A stretch of DNA of 64,000 nucleotides, taken from NCBI GenBank assembly GCA_030390025.1, contig CM059432.1, positions 81,904,001 to 81,968,000 of the forward strand, given 5' to 3'. Under the pieces are notes generated by a model. The model was not told where the DNA came from. It saw nothing but the letters and a program-made list of their open reading frames with translations, and did not search any database. The DNA is from Squalus acanthias. Lineage: Eukaryota. Shown piece after piece: positions 45,859-59,770 of this stretch (within the stretch, counting starts at the first letter, position 1; each line of letters begins with the position of its first letter). The translations under genes and the position numbers were made by a program.

Positions 45859-48800
45859 TTTAACTTCATTAGTTCATGCAGTCATTTGGCTATTGTTCTT
45901 AGTTATGTACCAAGTTAATCTCACAGCCGGAATCTTGGAGGCTCTGTATTTCATGCACGTTACCCATTTGCATTAACGTCGGTTTCAAGCAGTGCCTGTG
46001 TCTGTAGCTCCCCTGCTGTAATACTGCTTGTTTTATTCACTCCTTCAATCACTGAGCAGCTAACACTCCTGTTCTAGTTTGATCTAATGTGGTAACAGTG
46101 GCTAATGCCTTTCTAGTAGGCTGATTATTGGCTGGTTCAGCGAACTAGTGAGAAAGTACAGCTGTTTCTGGCTGAAATAAACGGCGCACTTAAAACGCTA
46201 TAACCGGCAGCATTGAAATTGGTGTTGATGCAAATGGATAATGGTTTTCACTTTTTGACAGATATGAGCGACTGCCGGTTTTAAACATGGACATTTTAAG
46301 TGGTGGAGACCAATGATCCGGTTAACCTGCGTAGGCCGCTCAGTGGCTTTTTAACATGCGGAAATTTGAATGGCCCACGCAGCCCGTTAAAGGGGCTGTG
46401 CACCAAAAAAAAATGAGTGGGAACATTGGTGGGGACTATACTGGGTTTCTTTGCTCCCGTTTGAGGAGCGTGACTTCTGTATGCTGCCCTTTCCCTTTTT
46501 AAAGTGCCATCAGATGTCAGTCGGTCTCCATTGGCATGCTGGCTCCCCTATGTCATACAGAAACTCAGAGTGCAAGCATGCAGGCCGCTTTACTTCACTG
46601 AGCAGTCTTAACCCGGTAACAGATACTAGAGCCATATTTTTGTGGTTCTATAATGCCATCAGCTCCCACTGACTCTTGCTGCTTATGCTCAGGATTGCAT
46701 CCAACAGTGGGAGAGCTGCACGTCTGCAGTCAGATGTACTCTTGTAATGTAAAAGCCCCTTTCTTTGTATCGATATAGAGGTACAGGGTAAAACAGTCTT
46801 ACCAGTTTAGTTACCCTCTTCCTGAAACAGCTTTTCTTTGGGGCTGAAGCAGCCCTCATTTATTATTTAATTGCTGCTCAGGAGCTTTTAAGATGCTGGC
46901 CAGTCACGGCTCCAGTGTTTTCGGCTGAATGTCTGATAAGGACAGAATAGAGCTCAGCTGCGATGCCCTCTGTAGCCAAATAGCCTGCCGACACCTTAAT
47001 CAACAGTGACAACTTACATTTAGATAGTGCTTTTAACATAGAGAAATGTCCCAAGGTGCTTCACAGAGGTTTTTGGAAAATAGACATGGAACCAAGAAGG
47101 AGGGATTAGGAGGGATAACCTAAAGCTTGGTCAAAGAAATGTGCTTTCGGGATGGTCTTAAAGGACAATATGGACATATAAAGTATCGCCAATTGGGTGA
47201 ATTACCAGGGTGCTCCTGACAATTGTCGAACCATATTGCAGTGTGAGCCATCAACTTCAGGGAGCAAATTAGGAGATACAAGAAAAAATGTTTCGAATCT
47301 AATGATCACAAGGTAATTATGAATGAGGGAGGTCATTCACCCATCTTAGCTCATTCAGCAAAAAAGACCCCAAAGTGCCCCACTGCAGCATCTAATTGGT
47401 TCTTAAATCATTCCAGGGTTTTCGCCTCCACTGCTCTATCCTGAGGTTTGCTCTAAGTGTTGATCACTCTTTGTGTGAAGGTGAACTTCCAGATATCAAA
47501 ATGCGCCTTTTACGAGTTTGAGCCTGTGTCATCTTGTCGCACTCTCACAGTTTAGTTTAAAGTAATATTCTAGATTTACCGTTGCATAAAAACTGCATTG
47601 CAGTGCACCCTGCAATAAACATGTATATTATTTGCTTCAGCACAATTTTTCCAAGTGGCAATATAGAGCTTCCTGAATGTTTTCAGGGCAGACTGTTGAG
47701 ATGTTCTAAGAACTAAGCCTATCTCAAAACCATGATAATTCCCTTTTAATTTGCAGTTGGATTTTCCTCATTTATATGGAGAACTGAAAGGTTCCTCTGA
47801 AAAAATATTCCCCGCGCTATCCATTTGAAAATAGTTAACTTTTGTGTAGAGTTTGACTCTAGTAATGTGTGCTTTATGTGTTCACACCTTCCCTTTCGGT
47901 CTCTGCCAATCACGGAACCTGAAGTCTGAGGTGAAGAATGAAACTGGTGTGTACTTTAAAAAAAATAAACACCTTCTAGGTGTTGAGCGTGGCTCAGTGG
48001 CAGCACTCTCGCCTCTGAGTCAGAAGGTTGATGTGTTCCAGCCCCACTCCAGGACTCCAGGTACAGCAGATCTTCCTTGCATCATGCCTCTGCAACTCCT
48101 TCTCATCTTCACACTCCCTGAGGACAAGAGGAATTCCCAGAGGAATGTCCATCTTACCGGCAGGGAGTGTTTGAATTGAAAGTGGAGCCTCCTTCAGTGG
48201 TAGGTGATGCAAAAAGAAATTAAAACAAAGCAAAAGTGAAAACATGAAGCACAAAATGACCAAACAAATCACACACAAAACAAGGACAAGCCAAAAGGCC
48301 AAAGATCCTTTACGCTGATTCCCAATGAAGCTAAACACGAGTTACCAAATGTGCCCACTCAAAATGGGCCTTCAGTCATGTTGTCACATTTTGTGAGCAG
48401 AGCATGCAAAGTGTTGACTACAGAAGATTACCTTAACATCACTTTCAGATCCGTGCACGTCAGCAACATAAACCTCTTGAGTCCGGAGCACAGCACATAA
48501 AATACTAGGCAGCGCACACCTGCTCCACATTAGGGGCAATCATTCTCGCCCAGATTTTCTGGCCCCCTCCCCCACACATTAGGTGTGCTCATGTGCCACC
48601 AGCACAAAGCAGTAGAATATTTCCGGTACAGAAATATTACAACTGTACTTACAGTGATTTTTCCTTATTGATTAATTACGAGCTCAGTTGATTAAAGACC
48701 TTTAGTGTGTAAACCCTGAGACAATAGACGTGGGACTTGAATGCTGTACTAGGCAATTTGGGAAGGCAAGAATGCTGCAGGGAGTCTGAGACTTATCAAA

Positions 48801-49619
48801 GAGTGTGCTGGGCTGTCACTGGAGCAGCCTAGCACAACCACTGCTATGTTAACAGTTTTATCAGCAGATCAGATAGGATCTGTCTCCACCTCTAAAGCAC
48901 TGTAGCTGTTAGAGGAAACTACTCTCAATGAATGTGTTATGAATGTTGTGAGTGGGACTAATGTGCTTCTGTTTACCCTATTGTGAAGTTTCCTTGGAGG
49001 TGGGGGGAAGGGTGTCCCTTGGGATTACAGGGAGTTGTGTTAAATAACAGCTAACTATCGGGAAAAAAATCACTCTCCCCCTCTACTCCTCCAGTACCTC
49101 CCCTTCCCCTCATTTATAGCAGTCTCCTCTTTCACACGCTCTCAGGTTACTGGTGCTTAGAGTCTTAAAAACTAAAGTTTTTATGTCCTTGTCCCAGCCT
49201 CCTGCTTTTAAGAGCCACCCAGCTCCAGTGATTGGATTGGGTAGGCTGTCTTGTGCTGAGTGGTTGAGGACGTGTTTCAACAGATGGTTGGGGTTAGTGT
49301 GTGTCATCACATCTGAGTGGGGGTTAGAGAGGGAAGGCTGTACAGTAGGAACTGTGTGGTCCTGTGAGAGTGCACTGCGAGTGGAAAGCAGATCCTTTCA
49401 AGAAGATCTCTTTAGAAAGGCAAAAAGAAATACAATCTCTCAGGTACAGGAAAATGCATTTTGTTTTTAGAGAGGGAGTTTTGAAGTGCTTAGAATGTAA
49501 CTACCATAAAACTGTTGCTCCTTTCTCTCTATCAGTTACTATTGTATGACTAAAAGATTATAAGTATGGCCTTGATGCTTGAGCATTAAAGGTAATTTGT
49601 TTTTGTTTAACCTTTTTAG

Positions 49620-49880
49620 ATTTGCAATGTGGAGATCTGTGATTCTATCAAAATGCCTCAGTCTCAGTGAGGGGCAGGGTTGCTTAAGCTGCTGTGGGAA
49701 AGTAAGAGCTCAGGAGGTTAGGAGCCTCTCAGTCCTCAATCAGCCTTTACTTGTTTCTACTGATACCACTTTGGAGAATCACAAAGGCAGCAATATGCAC
49801 TCCTGATGGGACTGCAGGAAGCACAGCCTGTTGCAGTCACCGACACTTGCAGTTTTCTATCCGTTTACACACTATTACTG
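49620..49880 (+). other. Candidate host exon (5' UTR plus possible 25-codon start), gene unidentified
   Basis: Pyrimidine tract ending TTTTTAG at 49619; donor CTG|GTAAAT; upstream donor CAG|GTACAG at 49444; ATGG at 49806; repeat-poor context. Confidence 0.25.
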
Positions 49881-52384
49881 GTAAATTACCAGACATTTTT
49901 AAAATGTTTATTTGCAGGATTATTTGGAAATAATTGAATTATCAGCCAACAGGGTAAAAGCAACTTTTTAAAATGCTGCTTTTTATATTGTAATGTTCTT
50001 AGTATTCAAAGAAGTGCTGTTTACTGATTACAGCATAAAAATGTTGGTGTGATCTTTCCAACTGTAAGAATGTAATAATTATAGCAACATACTGTATGTT
50101 TCTAATTACAATTACACAAGATACAGCAAATAGTTTGGGCACAAGTTCTTCTCTTATTTATTAACCCTTTGAGTACTGGAGGGGTAATTCTGCATAAATT
50201 CCAACATTTGCAAGAGTTTTGTCAAATAGGGTTTGAGATTGGTGCTTTCTGCATTTTTTTGTACATTTTTTATTGACCAATGTTGTAGGACAGAGAATGC
50301 ATAAATAGAGGACTAGGTGGAACAACGAGTTTTGAACAGACCTTTCACCTCAGGAATATGGGTCTAAGTGCAGTCTATTTAGTTGTAAATAATGTTTGCG
50401 TGTGTCTGTTCTTGTGCATCAAATGGATGTGAGCTTTCGTGGACAGGTACATGTCTCGCTGTCTCTCTTATGTGCAGTTCTTGTGGTAGTGGATTGATGG
50501 AGAGCTCAGTTATATTAGTTGTACGCACCTGTAGATTTACTGTGCAGCACTGTAATAGCAGCAGCCTGTGACAGCACGCTGCATCACAATCTTATGGGAC
50601 AGTAATAATATGTAGGGTTACAGATAGAGAGAGAAAAATATATAAATTTTCAGCATTAAATACTGTGAGAGAACGTGCTAGAAATAATAATAATAAAACA
50701 ACTAGGAAGAAGGGGGAGAAAGGTCTCCTCAATGAAAAATGCAGACATTTCTTCTTTTATTTCCAACCCTCTAGCCCTACATTAAAGGTGCTTTTGTTTT
50801 GTCTCTGGGTTCTCAAGCACAGGTCGCTCACAACTGACAAGCCAAATGTAAATTGCCAGGACTCACCGGCACCAACTAGTTTTCCCGGCATCCAGTCGTA
50901 GCATGTGCCAGCAATTATACTTTTGAGTTGCAGTTGGCCACGCAAAATCCGCACTTCAGGAATCTGCCAGTACTCATGCGGGTCCCACGCAATGTAAAAG
51001 CTCCTTTAAATTCCTTGAGCCCTCACCTCTAAGCACCATGAATTCTGTACAGCTGCGGCGATGTCCTGCCAGTTAGCATCAGAAGAAGCAATTGTTGTCC
51101 CCAGGCATATTTAATGTATGGGTACCAATACACCATAGAGAACAAATCATACTTAAGCCAATACACTTTGTAGTTGTGCAATAAAGCTTCTATTGCCATA
51201 CTTTTCATCATCCAATTGCTCCTATTGCTTCACCACCTGTGACAGACCTGTAGCCATCAGTACTGCACCCTATTGTTATGCAGCTCAAAATGCTCTTCCC
51301 AGACATAAACCATATTTGGAAGGACAAAATCAACAAATGCCCCATGGTGTTTTCAAAGTTTAATGGACAAGTATGGACATTTCATACACCCAGCATTATA
51401 TTTTACTGAAATGTTAGTGACAACGCTTAAGTATTGGGTGCCTTCCTATTGACACAAAAGAGTTAGTATGGCATGGAGATCATTGTACTTAACTTTCAGT
51501 TCTGGAGTTTTGTTGCTCTTGGTGTGAACCTGATACTAAAAGTTAAGCATAACAAGGTATTTTTCACACTTACACTTTCCCGGTCTCGTGCCTTCACTGC
51601 ATCACTGGCTCTGTCACTTTCTAACATAGAAATTAGTCTGGGCCGGTTTTTGGGCCCAGTCTCTGTGCTGCACAACCAACAGGCACCTGAACCGAGAAGC
51701 CCGTGGATCGAAGGAAGTTGATCCTTGGGCCTAATAAACACGAGCTGACGGCGTTGAGTGAAGACATCAATGTTGGACAGTCTACCTCACCGGCAGTGGC
51801 CCTCAGGTAAGTCCTGGGAGGGGGATTGAAGTGGGCTGCAGGGGGAGGAGATGACCAGGACTCCTGTGGAGCCAGGGAGCACTCCTGCTCCTCATGGCTC
51901 CAAAAGATGGGCTTTTTAACAAATTGCTGGCCAGTAGCAAGCTTTGTGTATCAATGCTCTCCCAGAACCACATTCAGATAAGTATATTGTAAAATCTTAC
52001 CCTTTTGGTGGCGCCTGCTGCAGGTCCCATTAGGAACCACATGTTAGGCCGCATATAGACCTGATTTTCCTGAACGCAGCCGGCGCTGGCTTTCTGGTTG
52101 CCAAATTGGAGGCTTAGAACCCGTCTGGTGATCAAAAGACGGGCAGGGCGCCATGGAATTTCTAGGCTTCAGTTTCTCACTCTCTGGAGCTTCATCTCAC
52201 TCTCTGTCTCACTCACTGGCCCGCACTTTTTTCACTTCTCTCTCATCTATAGCACATACGCAGTATTAAAAACAGCTGCTAAATACATTCAACAGGTTCA
52301 ACATTTGGAGTGCTGTTAAATAAATTCTGAGCAAGTAAACTTTCCAAGAATTTGAACCAGTTTTTCGGGTTTTTGAAAGAAAAA

Positions 52385-52635
52385 AAGGGAGTCTTGCATT
52401 TTATATTGTGCCTTTCACAACCACCGTCCAATGAAGTAATTTTTGAAGTGCAGTCACTGTTGAAATGTCAGAAACACAGCAGCCAATTTGCGCACTGCAA
52501 GCTCCCACAAACAGCAATGTGATAATGACCAGATAATCTGTTTTAGTTATGTTGATTGAGGGATAAATATTGGCCAGGACACCGGCAATAACTCGCCCTG
52601 CTCTTCTTTGAAATAGTGACATAGGATCTTTTTGA
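52385..52635 (-). mobile_element. Deu-domain SINE 3' half
   Basis: Reverse complement of the SINE core and tail. Confidence 0.85.
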
Positions 52636-53084
52636 GAACTTGACTCAGTATAGAACTCAGCTCACATTTGTGAGAAATATGAGATGAAAGTTGTAGCTAG
52701 AGTTCAATACTGTATTTTATGGAGTGAGGCCAATAATAAATGGAACCTTTTCGATGTGTTGATGACTGCATTTAGGAAAAAATGTCCAAAAGATTATCTT
52801 TGCTAGTGACTGAAAGAATCATTTAACAGCCTACGCATCAAATCAGAAATGATGACAAATGTTCTGTAAACATTAATGTGAAGATAAATGTGTATACTTA
52901 CATTATCACTGAGTCCAATGGCATATTCTATTTTTGGTACATTGAGTAAGGTGAGCTGTATTGCATTATTACACGTGTATAGTCTACTCTTAAATCAAAG
53001 TTACTCAATTTGAGTAATCTGTTAACTCAAATCGAAATTGTGCAGAAGCTCCTCACATGAACATTTTTTGCTTAGTTCAAACCT

Positions 53085-53355
53085 AATTTATTGCCCATTC
53101 CTAGTTGACCTGAGAAGGTGATGGTGGGCCTATTCTTGAACCACTGCAGTCCAGGTGGTGAAAGTGCTTCCACAATATTGTAAGGTAGGGAGTTCCAGGA
53201 TTCTGACCCAGCGACAATGAAGGTATGGCGCTATATGTCCAAGTCAGGATGATGTGCGACTTAGAGGGGAAATGAAAGGTGATGGTGTTCCCATGTGTCT
53301 GCTGCCTTTGTCCTTCTAGTTGGTGGAAGTCACGGGTTTTGGAGGTGCTGCCAAA
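53085..53355 (-). mobile_element. LINE 3' end, same family as 36968-37822
   Basis: Reverse-complement similarity over ~270 bp. Confidence 0.75.
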
Positions 53356-53619
53356 ATTCAACCTCCTTCAAGCAGGCCAAAGGAACTAACACTATTAGGC
53401 TAGCCAGCCTCACCTTGCTGAAAAAGGAGAATTAATTTGTTGCAGAATGTGGAATGACCCTGTTTCAATGTTGTGGTTGAGCCATTTCTACAATTGTGAA
53501 GAAATAAAGTCTAGGTCCATAAAGGAGAGGCAAATGATTTTCCCATAGAAAGTGCTGACAACGGGCTGCGTGATAGAATTCCTGAAATTTTATCTTGTTA
53601 CGAGTTCAAAGCCAATGAG

Positions 53620-55420
53620 AACAACTTGCATTTATTTATATAGTGTTTTTAATGTGGAAAAAATGTCTCAAGGTGCTTCACAGCAGCATAAGGAAAAATG
53701 AATGTCGAGCCAAAGAAGGAGATATTAGTTGGGGTGAGTAAAAGTTTGATCATGGGTGTTAAAGAAGGAAAGAGATTGAGAGGCAACGTGGTTTAAGGGA
53801 GGGAATTCCAGAGCGTGGAGCCAAGGTGGCTGAAGGCACAGCCGCCAATAGGTAGTGCAAAGGGTAGGGAGATACGAGAGGCCAGAGTTTGGTGAGGGAG
53901 GTCTAGAGCTGCAAGAGGTTACAGACGTAGGTAGGGTCAAGACCATAAATGGATTTAATTACCAGAATGAAAATTTTAAATTTGAGAGGTTGGATGACCA
54001 GGAGTCAATACAGATCAGCACGGACAGGGGTGTTGGGTGATGTGGAGTTCGTGCGGGGCTGCAGGGTTTTGGATGAGCTGAAGTTTAATGAAGGTGGAAG
54101 ATGGGAAGCCGGCCAGGAGAGCATTAGAATAGTCGAGACTGGAGGTGACAAAGGAATGTATGAGGGCTATAGGAGCAGATGGGCTGAAGTAAGGGCAGAG
54201 GAGGGTAATGTTACCGAGGTGGAAGTAGGCAGTTTTTGTAATGGAGCGTATATGGGGTCAGAAACTCAAATAAGGGTAGAATAGAATGCCAAGGTTTTAA
54301 ACATGCTGGTTCAATATGAGACAGTGGCGGGGAAGGAGATCGAATCAGTGTCAAGGGTATAGAGTTTATGGCGGGGGCTGAAGATGATGGCTTTGATCAT
54401 ACCAATGTTTAGCTGAAGGAAATTTCAGCTCATCTAAGACTGGATGTTGAGCTAGCAGTCTGACAGCACAGAGGAAGTGGAGGGGTTGAGAAAGTTGGTA
54501 GAGAGATAGAGCTGGGTGTTGTCAGCATACATGTGGTTGCTGATCCCATGTCTGTTAATGATGTTACCAATGGCACATGTAGATGAAGGAGGCCAAGGAT
54601 AGATCCTTGGGGGATTCCGGAGCTAACGATGCAGAGACAGTAAGAGAAGCCATTTCAGTATGTAGTCTGGCTACGATCAGATAGGTAAGAGTGGAAACAA
54701 ACGACGGTAGTCCCAATGAGCTGGACAACGGAGGCGAAGTGTTGGAGGAGAATGTCAACCGTGTCAAAGGCTGCAGGCAGGTTCAGGAAGACGAGGAGGG
54801 GTAATGCACTCGGGCCACAGTCACAGAGGATGTCATTTGTGACTTTGCTTAGGGCCGTTTTAGTGCTTTGGTGAGGTGGAGACCTGATTGGAGTGATTCA
54901 AACATGAAGTTGTGGAAACAATGGGCACGGATTTGTCAGGTAGCAACATGTTCAAAGACTTTGGAAAGGAAAGGGAGGTTGGAGATGGGGCGGTAGTTTG
55001 CAAGAACACAATGGTCAAGGGTGGGTTTTTTGAGGAGGAGGGTGATGATGGCAGATTTGAAAGGGAGAGGGCCGTTTCTGAGGAGAGAAAACCATTTGTA
55101 ACATCAGTTAGCTTGTGTAACAGGAAGGAACGTTGGATGGACAGCAGTTCAGCGGGAATGGGGACAAGGTAACATGATGTGGGCCTCATGGACAAGCTGA
55201 GCTCGGAGAGGGCATGAGGGGAGAATGGAGAGAATCTGGAGAGAGACACGGGCTCAGGGCGAGGGCACAGGGAGCCTGGGGAAAGGGGAAGGGGGGAAGC
55301 AGTAGAGGCAGCTGATCTTATGATCTTGACCTTAATGACAAGAGAAGTCCATGAGTTTCTCTCACTTGTTGGTGAGTTGAGGGGCGGGAGAGAAGGGTTT
55401 AAGGAGGTGTCTTTAATGCT
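53620..55420 (-). mobile_element. Degenerate L2 LINE (~1.8 kb)
   Basis: L2 3' tail, the YADD-like region (GTCAGCATACATGTG) and upstream ORF2 relics. Confidence 0.85.
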
Positions 55421-56356
55421 GATAGAACTGATGAAACTGTCTTTTTTAAAGGCTGCACCCAAGCAGAATGCTTTCTTTCATCAACAAAAACTGCTCAGGT
55501 GGGATAAAAGCTAAGGAACCAAATGTCGTCATGGTTTGTGCTAGCATGACCGGGAGGAAGAGAAAACTGCCGTTGATTAGGGAATTCTTAAAATCCCCTG
55601 ATGTTTTAATCCCCTATTGTCTTCATGGTAGTGTTATTTACCTGGAACCTGCAGAAATGACAAAAAGGCAGGAGGGCTGGTGCTTTTTTTTGAGAAACTG
55701 TTGCCACTGGCAGGAGGGCCAGTAACCAGAGGACACAGATTTAAGGTAATTGGCAAAAGAACCAGAGGGGAGATCTAATTTATCTTTGATTAGGAACTGT
55801 TTCATCTTCCGATCAGGCTGATGAGTTGTAAAGCTGTTTTCAAATTACGTACTGCTGTTTTAGCCTGACTTCCGGGAGGCCAACATCCACGAGCCAGCTC
55901 CTGGCAGCTACACTGCTGAGTCGTAGACCCAGTTCTTTGCAGATTTATGGGAAGAAATTTCAACTTTGGTGAGGTGTGTAAAATGGGCGTTCGCAGATCG
56001 GCACCGGTTACACAGCCCGCCTGACTTTCCTTTCCATTAAAGTTGAAGTTGGAAGTTCCGTCTTATGATTCTGCCACCGGGATGAGGGAGCCAGATTTGA
56101 GTCTCCTGGAATCCAGATTAAAACAGCAATATAAAAGTAAGCTTAACTTCCTTCAATGAGATATAGTGCTGCAAGGGATGACACTGTGCTTGTGTATGCA
56201 ATGTGGAAATTCTTGGTACAGAAAGAGAGCTTTGAGCCACATCAAAACATACACCAGAGCTGACTCAACAACACTGCACTGGGTGCAAAAAGATGCCGGG
56301 ATCCTTCACCATAATACAAATAAGGATTCACCCTAGCATTCAACATAATCAAACTA

Positions 56357-56470
56357 AAGAAAAAGAAAGACTTGCATTTATATAGCGCCTTCCACAACCT
56401 CAGGACACCCCAAAGCGCTTTACAGGCAATGAAGTACTTTTGAAGTGTAGTCACTGTTGTAATGTAGGAA
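56357..56470 (-). mobile_element. Deu-domain SINE 3' tail
   Basis: AAAGAAAGACTTGCATTTATATAGCGCC..GAAGTACTTTTGAAGTG. Confidence 0.8.
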
Positions 56471-56844
56471 ATTACATTAAAGTTAAACCAATGTATAACT
56501 TTATTATTTTGAATAATATAGTACTACTAGCTTGTATTTATAAAGTGACAGAATAACAGATAATATTGAAAGTATCTGCTGTGTTTACATACTACTATAT
56601 TCAAGAAAACAAAGAAACCAAAACCCAGGAAAGACTGGATCTGGAAATCCCAAAATGTGCAGAGCTCGATTCAGTTCTTCCAGGAAGCAAATATTTCTGA
56701 CTGTTACGTACCAAGCCCTAATGTTTTTAATTTTGACGGGCGCTGCAGCTACTCAAATGTTCCAAGGGCTGCTGCCACGCAACTCTGAGAGCAAACTGCA
56801 GACCCTTTAAGAGCTGCTCATTCATGCCATTTACAGATTCTATT

Positions 56845-58573
56845 GGGGGGAATTTTTGGGGGTATCAGCGGGCGCGTTCGGTGGCGGGTTGGGTGGGGAA
56901 AATGTTTTTATTGGCAGTGGGTCGGGACCCTGCTGTTAACCTGCCGCCATGCGCCTTTCCCAAATGTCGGGTCTGTCGGCACTGAACAGACCCAACACGC
57001 AGCGGCAGGGGAGGCAATTCAGGTCATTATGACCTTGTTAACAGCCCATTAAGAAGAATTTTGAGCTCACCTTTACATTTTACAAGGTCACCCACGGAGT
57101 CCACGCTGCTCGGGGATCACGTCAGCTAAGCAGGTCAGGAGTTGGATGACTATGGAATCATCTCATTACTTGACAGCTGCAAATGTGCTATAAAAGCTCC
57201 CATCTCACATCTGTTCACTTTCCAAGCTCAGAAGCTGTTATTACTGAATTTGGAAGAAAGATTGAGCTTTATGCAGGTTGCAAGTGTTTGGAGCAAACTC
57301 CCTATCCAGTGTCACCTCATTGGAACAACCTCTCTCACCACTGACAGATCGCTTCTGTCATCTCAAGTTTACCTGCCATCTATTCCATCAGCATCGGTGC
57401 CCTTGAAGCTATCTCGCCTTGGTCCTCAGAATCCCACCACGATCAGCCCCAACACCAGCAGCACCAGCAGCACCAACAACAACACCAAGCTTCTCCACAA
57501 TTAACTGATGCTGCACAGGACACAGGGCATCAGCACCCGATCACATTGCTGGCCAGGACGCCAGGGATGGCCTCACCATGGCCAGATTTACTTCACTTGA
57601 CGCTGTACACCCTGGCTGCCACATGATGCGCCAGGTTGGCACCACCCCACAACAACACCATAAAGCATCCCTACAATGCCCAAGCCATTCCTTTCACACT
57701 CATTGCCATTGCAGGGGGTAGCGTTATGTCTCACCATTCACTGCAACTCATAAGCCACTTCTAAAGGTGTCCAAGAACGCAAAGTGTTCAAAATAAAGGT
57801 TTCAATATTTGATACTAGATTAACAGAAACTTCACATGAACATTGGCTAAAACATACAAGTGCCTACCCTTGTGTGTTGTTAGTTGGTATGATTGCATTA
57901 GGATGAGGGTGAGTGTGAGGGGTGGCTAGTGAGATGGGGATGTGATAATGTAATTATAGAGGGATGGATGGAGGTGCAAGATAAGTTGGTGTGAGTAAGG
58001 ATGTGCAGGAGTAGGGTAGGGAAGGCAGAGTGATGGGGATGTGATGAGTGGTACAGCAGGATGAGGTTGAGTGTGGCTTTGCAGTAAGGTTTCATGATCT
58101 ACTGAGATCATTGAAAGGTTTGCGCCACTGCAGCCTGGTCCGACTGATGACATCCCTGCTTGTGTCCTCCTGTGCAATGTGCAACCAGGCTGCGTTGGTC
58201 TCCTGGGGAGGTCTCTTCCACCCATTGGAAGGGAAGAGAACCTCCCTGCATGCTGTGATTCCCTCCATAAGCATATGGAGGGAGTCATGGGAGAGCCTGT
58301 GCAGTGATTGTCAGTGTTTGCAGCACCTCAATGCTGTAGAACACTGACAGCACAACTGAGAACTGACAAACTAAATTTGCGCATGGTCACTTCAAGGAAA
58401 CCAACGTCATCAGACCCGCTTCCTTCAATTGGCTGGCAAACTCGCTGGGCAGGCTTAACAAGCCTAATCAGGGAAATATCATTTTGGACAGCAGGCTGGA
58501 GCCGGCAGCAAGGTCAGGACCCGCCACCGACGTCGCCTGCCACGGACCCACCGAGGTTGGTAAAATCCAGCCC
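56845..58573. mobile_element. Non-autonomous Harbinger, inverted homologue of 4342-6174
   Basis: Ends GGGGGGAATTTT and AAAATCCAGCCC; Myb remnant 58274-58092 (-): MEGITACREVLFP..WLHIAQE..RTRLQWRKPFNDLSRS. Confidence 0.88.
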
Positions 58574-58657
58574 TTTCTCTCGATAGCTTACTATTGAGCT
58601 TGAAGCTCTAATGTAAGAACTGAGAAGGGGTTAGACTTTTTTACACAATTGTCAATA

Positions 58658-59770
58658 CAACAACAACAACTTGTATTTTTATAGTGCCTTTAACGAAGTA
58701 AAATGTCCCAAAGCGCTTCACAGTTGTGTCAAGTGTCAGCTGTGGCTCAGTTGGTAGCACACTTGCCTCTGAGTCAGAAGGTTGTGGGGTCAAGTCCTAC
58801 TCCAGGGACTTGAGCACATAAATCTAGGCTGACACTCCAGTGCAATGCTGAAGGAGTGCTGCACTGTTGGAGGTGCCGTCTTTCGGATGAGATATTAAAC
58901 CGAGGGCCCGTCTGCTCTCTCAGGTGGACGTAAAAGATCCCATGGCACTATTTTGAAGAAGAGCAGGGGAGTTATCCCCAGTGTCCTGGCCAATATTTAT
59001 CCCTCAACCAACATAAAAAAAAAGATTATCTGATCATTATCACATTGCTGTTTGTGGGAGCTTGCTGTGTGCAAATTGGCTGCCGCGTTTCCCACATTAC
59101 AACAGTGACTCCACTTCAAAAGTACTTCATTGGCTGTAAAGTGCTTTGAGACATCTGGTGGTCGTGAAAGGCGCTATATAAATACAAGTCTTTCTTTTTT
59201 TATAAAACAACATTTGACACTGAACCACATAAAGAGAAATTAAGGCAGGTGACGAAAAGCTTGGTCAAAGTGGTAGGGTTCAAGAAGCGTCTTAAAGGAG
59301 GAAAGTGAGGTAGAGAGGCGGAGAGGTTTAGGCAGGGAATTCCAGAGCTTAGGGTCTTGGCAACAGAAGGCACGGCCACCAATGGTTGAGCGATTAAAAT
59401 CAGGGATGCTCAATAGGCCAGAATTAGAAGAGCGCAGATATTTCGGGGCTGGAGGAGATTACAGAGATAGAGAGGGGTGAGGCCATGGAAGAAATTGAAA
59501 ACCAGGATGAGAATTTTAAAATCGAGGCGTTGCTTAACCAGGAGCCAATGTAGGTCAGCAAGTACAGGGGTGATGGGTGAATGTGACTTGGTGCGAGTTA
59601 GGATATGGGCAGCAGAGTTTTGGATGACCTCAAGTTTACGTAGGGTAGAACATGGGAGGCCAGCCAGGAGTGCGTTGGAATAGTCAAATCTAGAGGTAAC
59701 AAGGGCATGGATGAGGGTTTCAGCAGCAGATGAGCTGAGGCGGGGCGGGGCGGAGTCAGGCGATGTTATG
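58658..59770 (-). mobile_element. L2 LINE 3' end split by a SINE
   Basis: AETLIHALVTSRFDYSNALLAGLP..HWLLVKQR; tail at 58658-58730. Confidence 0.9.
58733..59200 (+). mobile_element. Full-length Deu-domain tRNA-SINE
   Basis: Collinear with 37166-37633. Confidence 0.88.
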
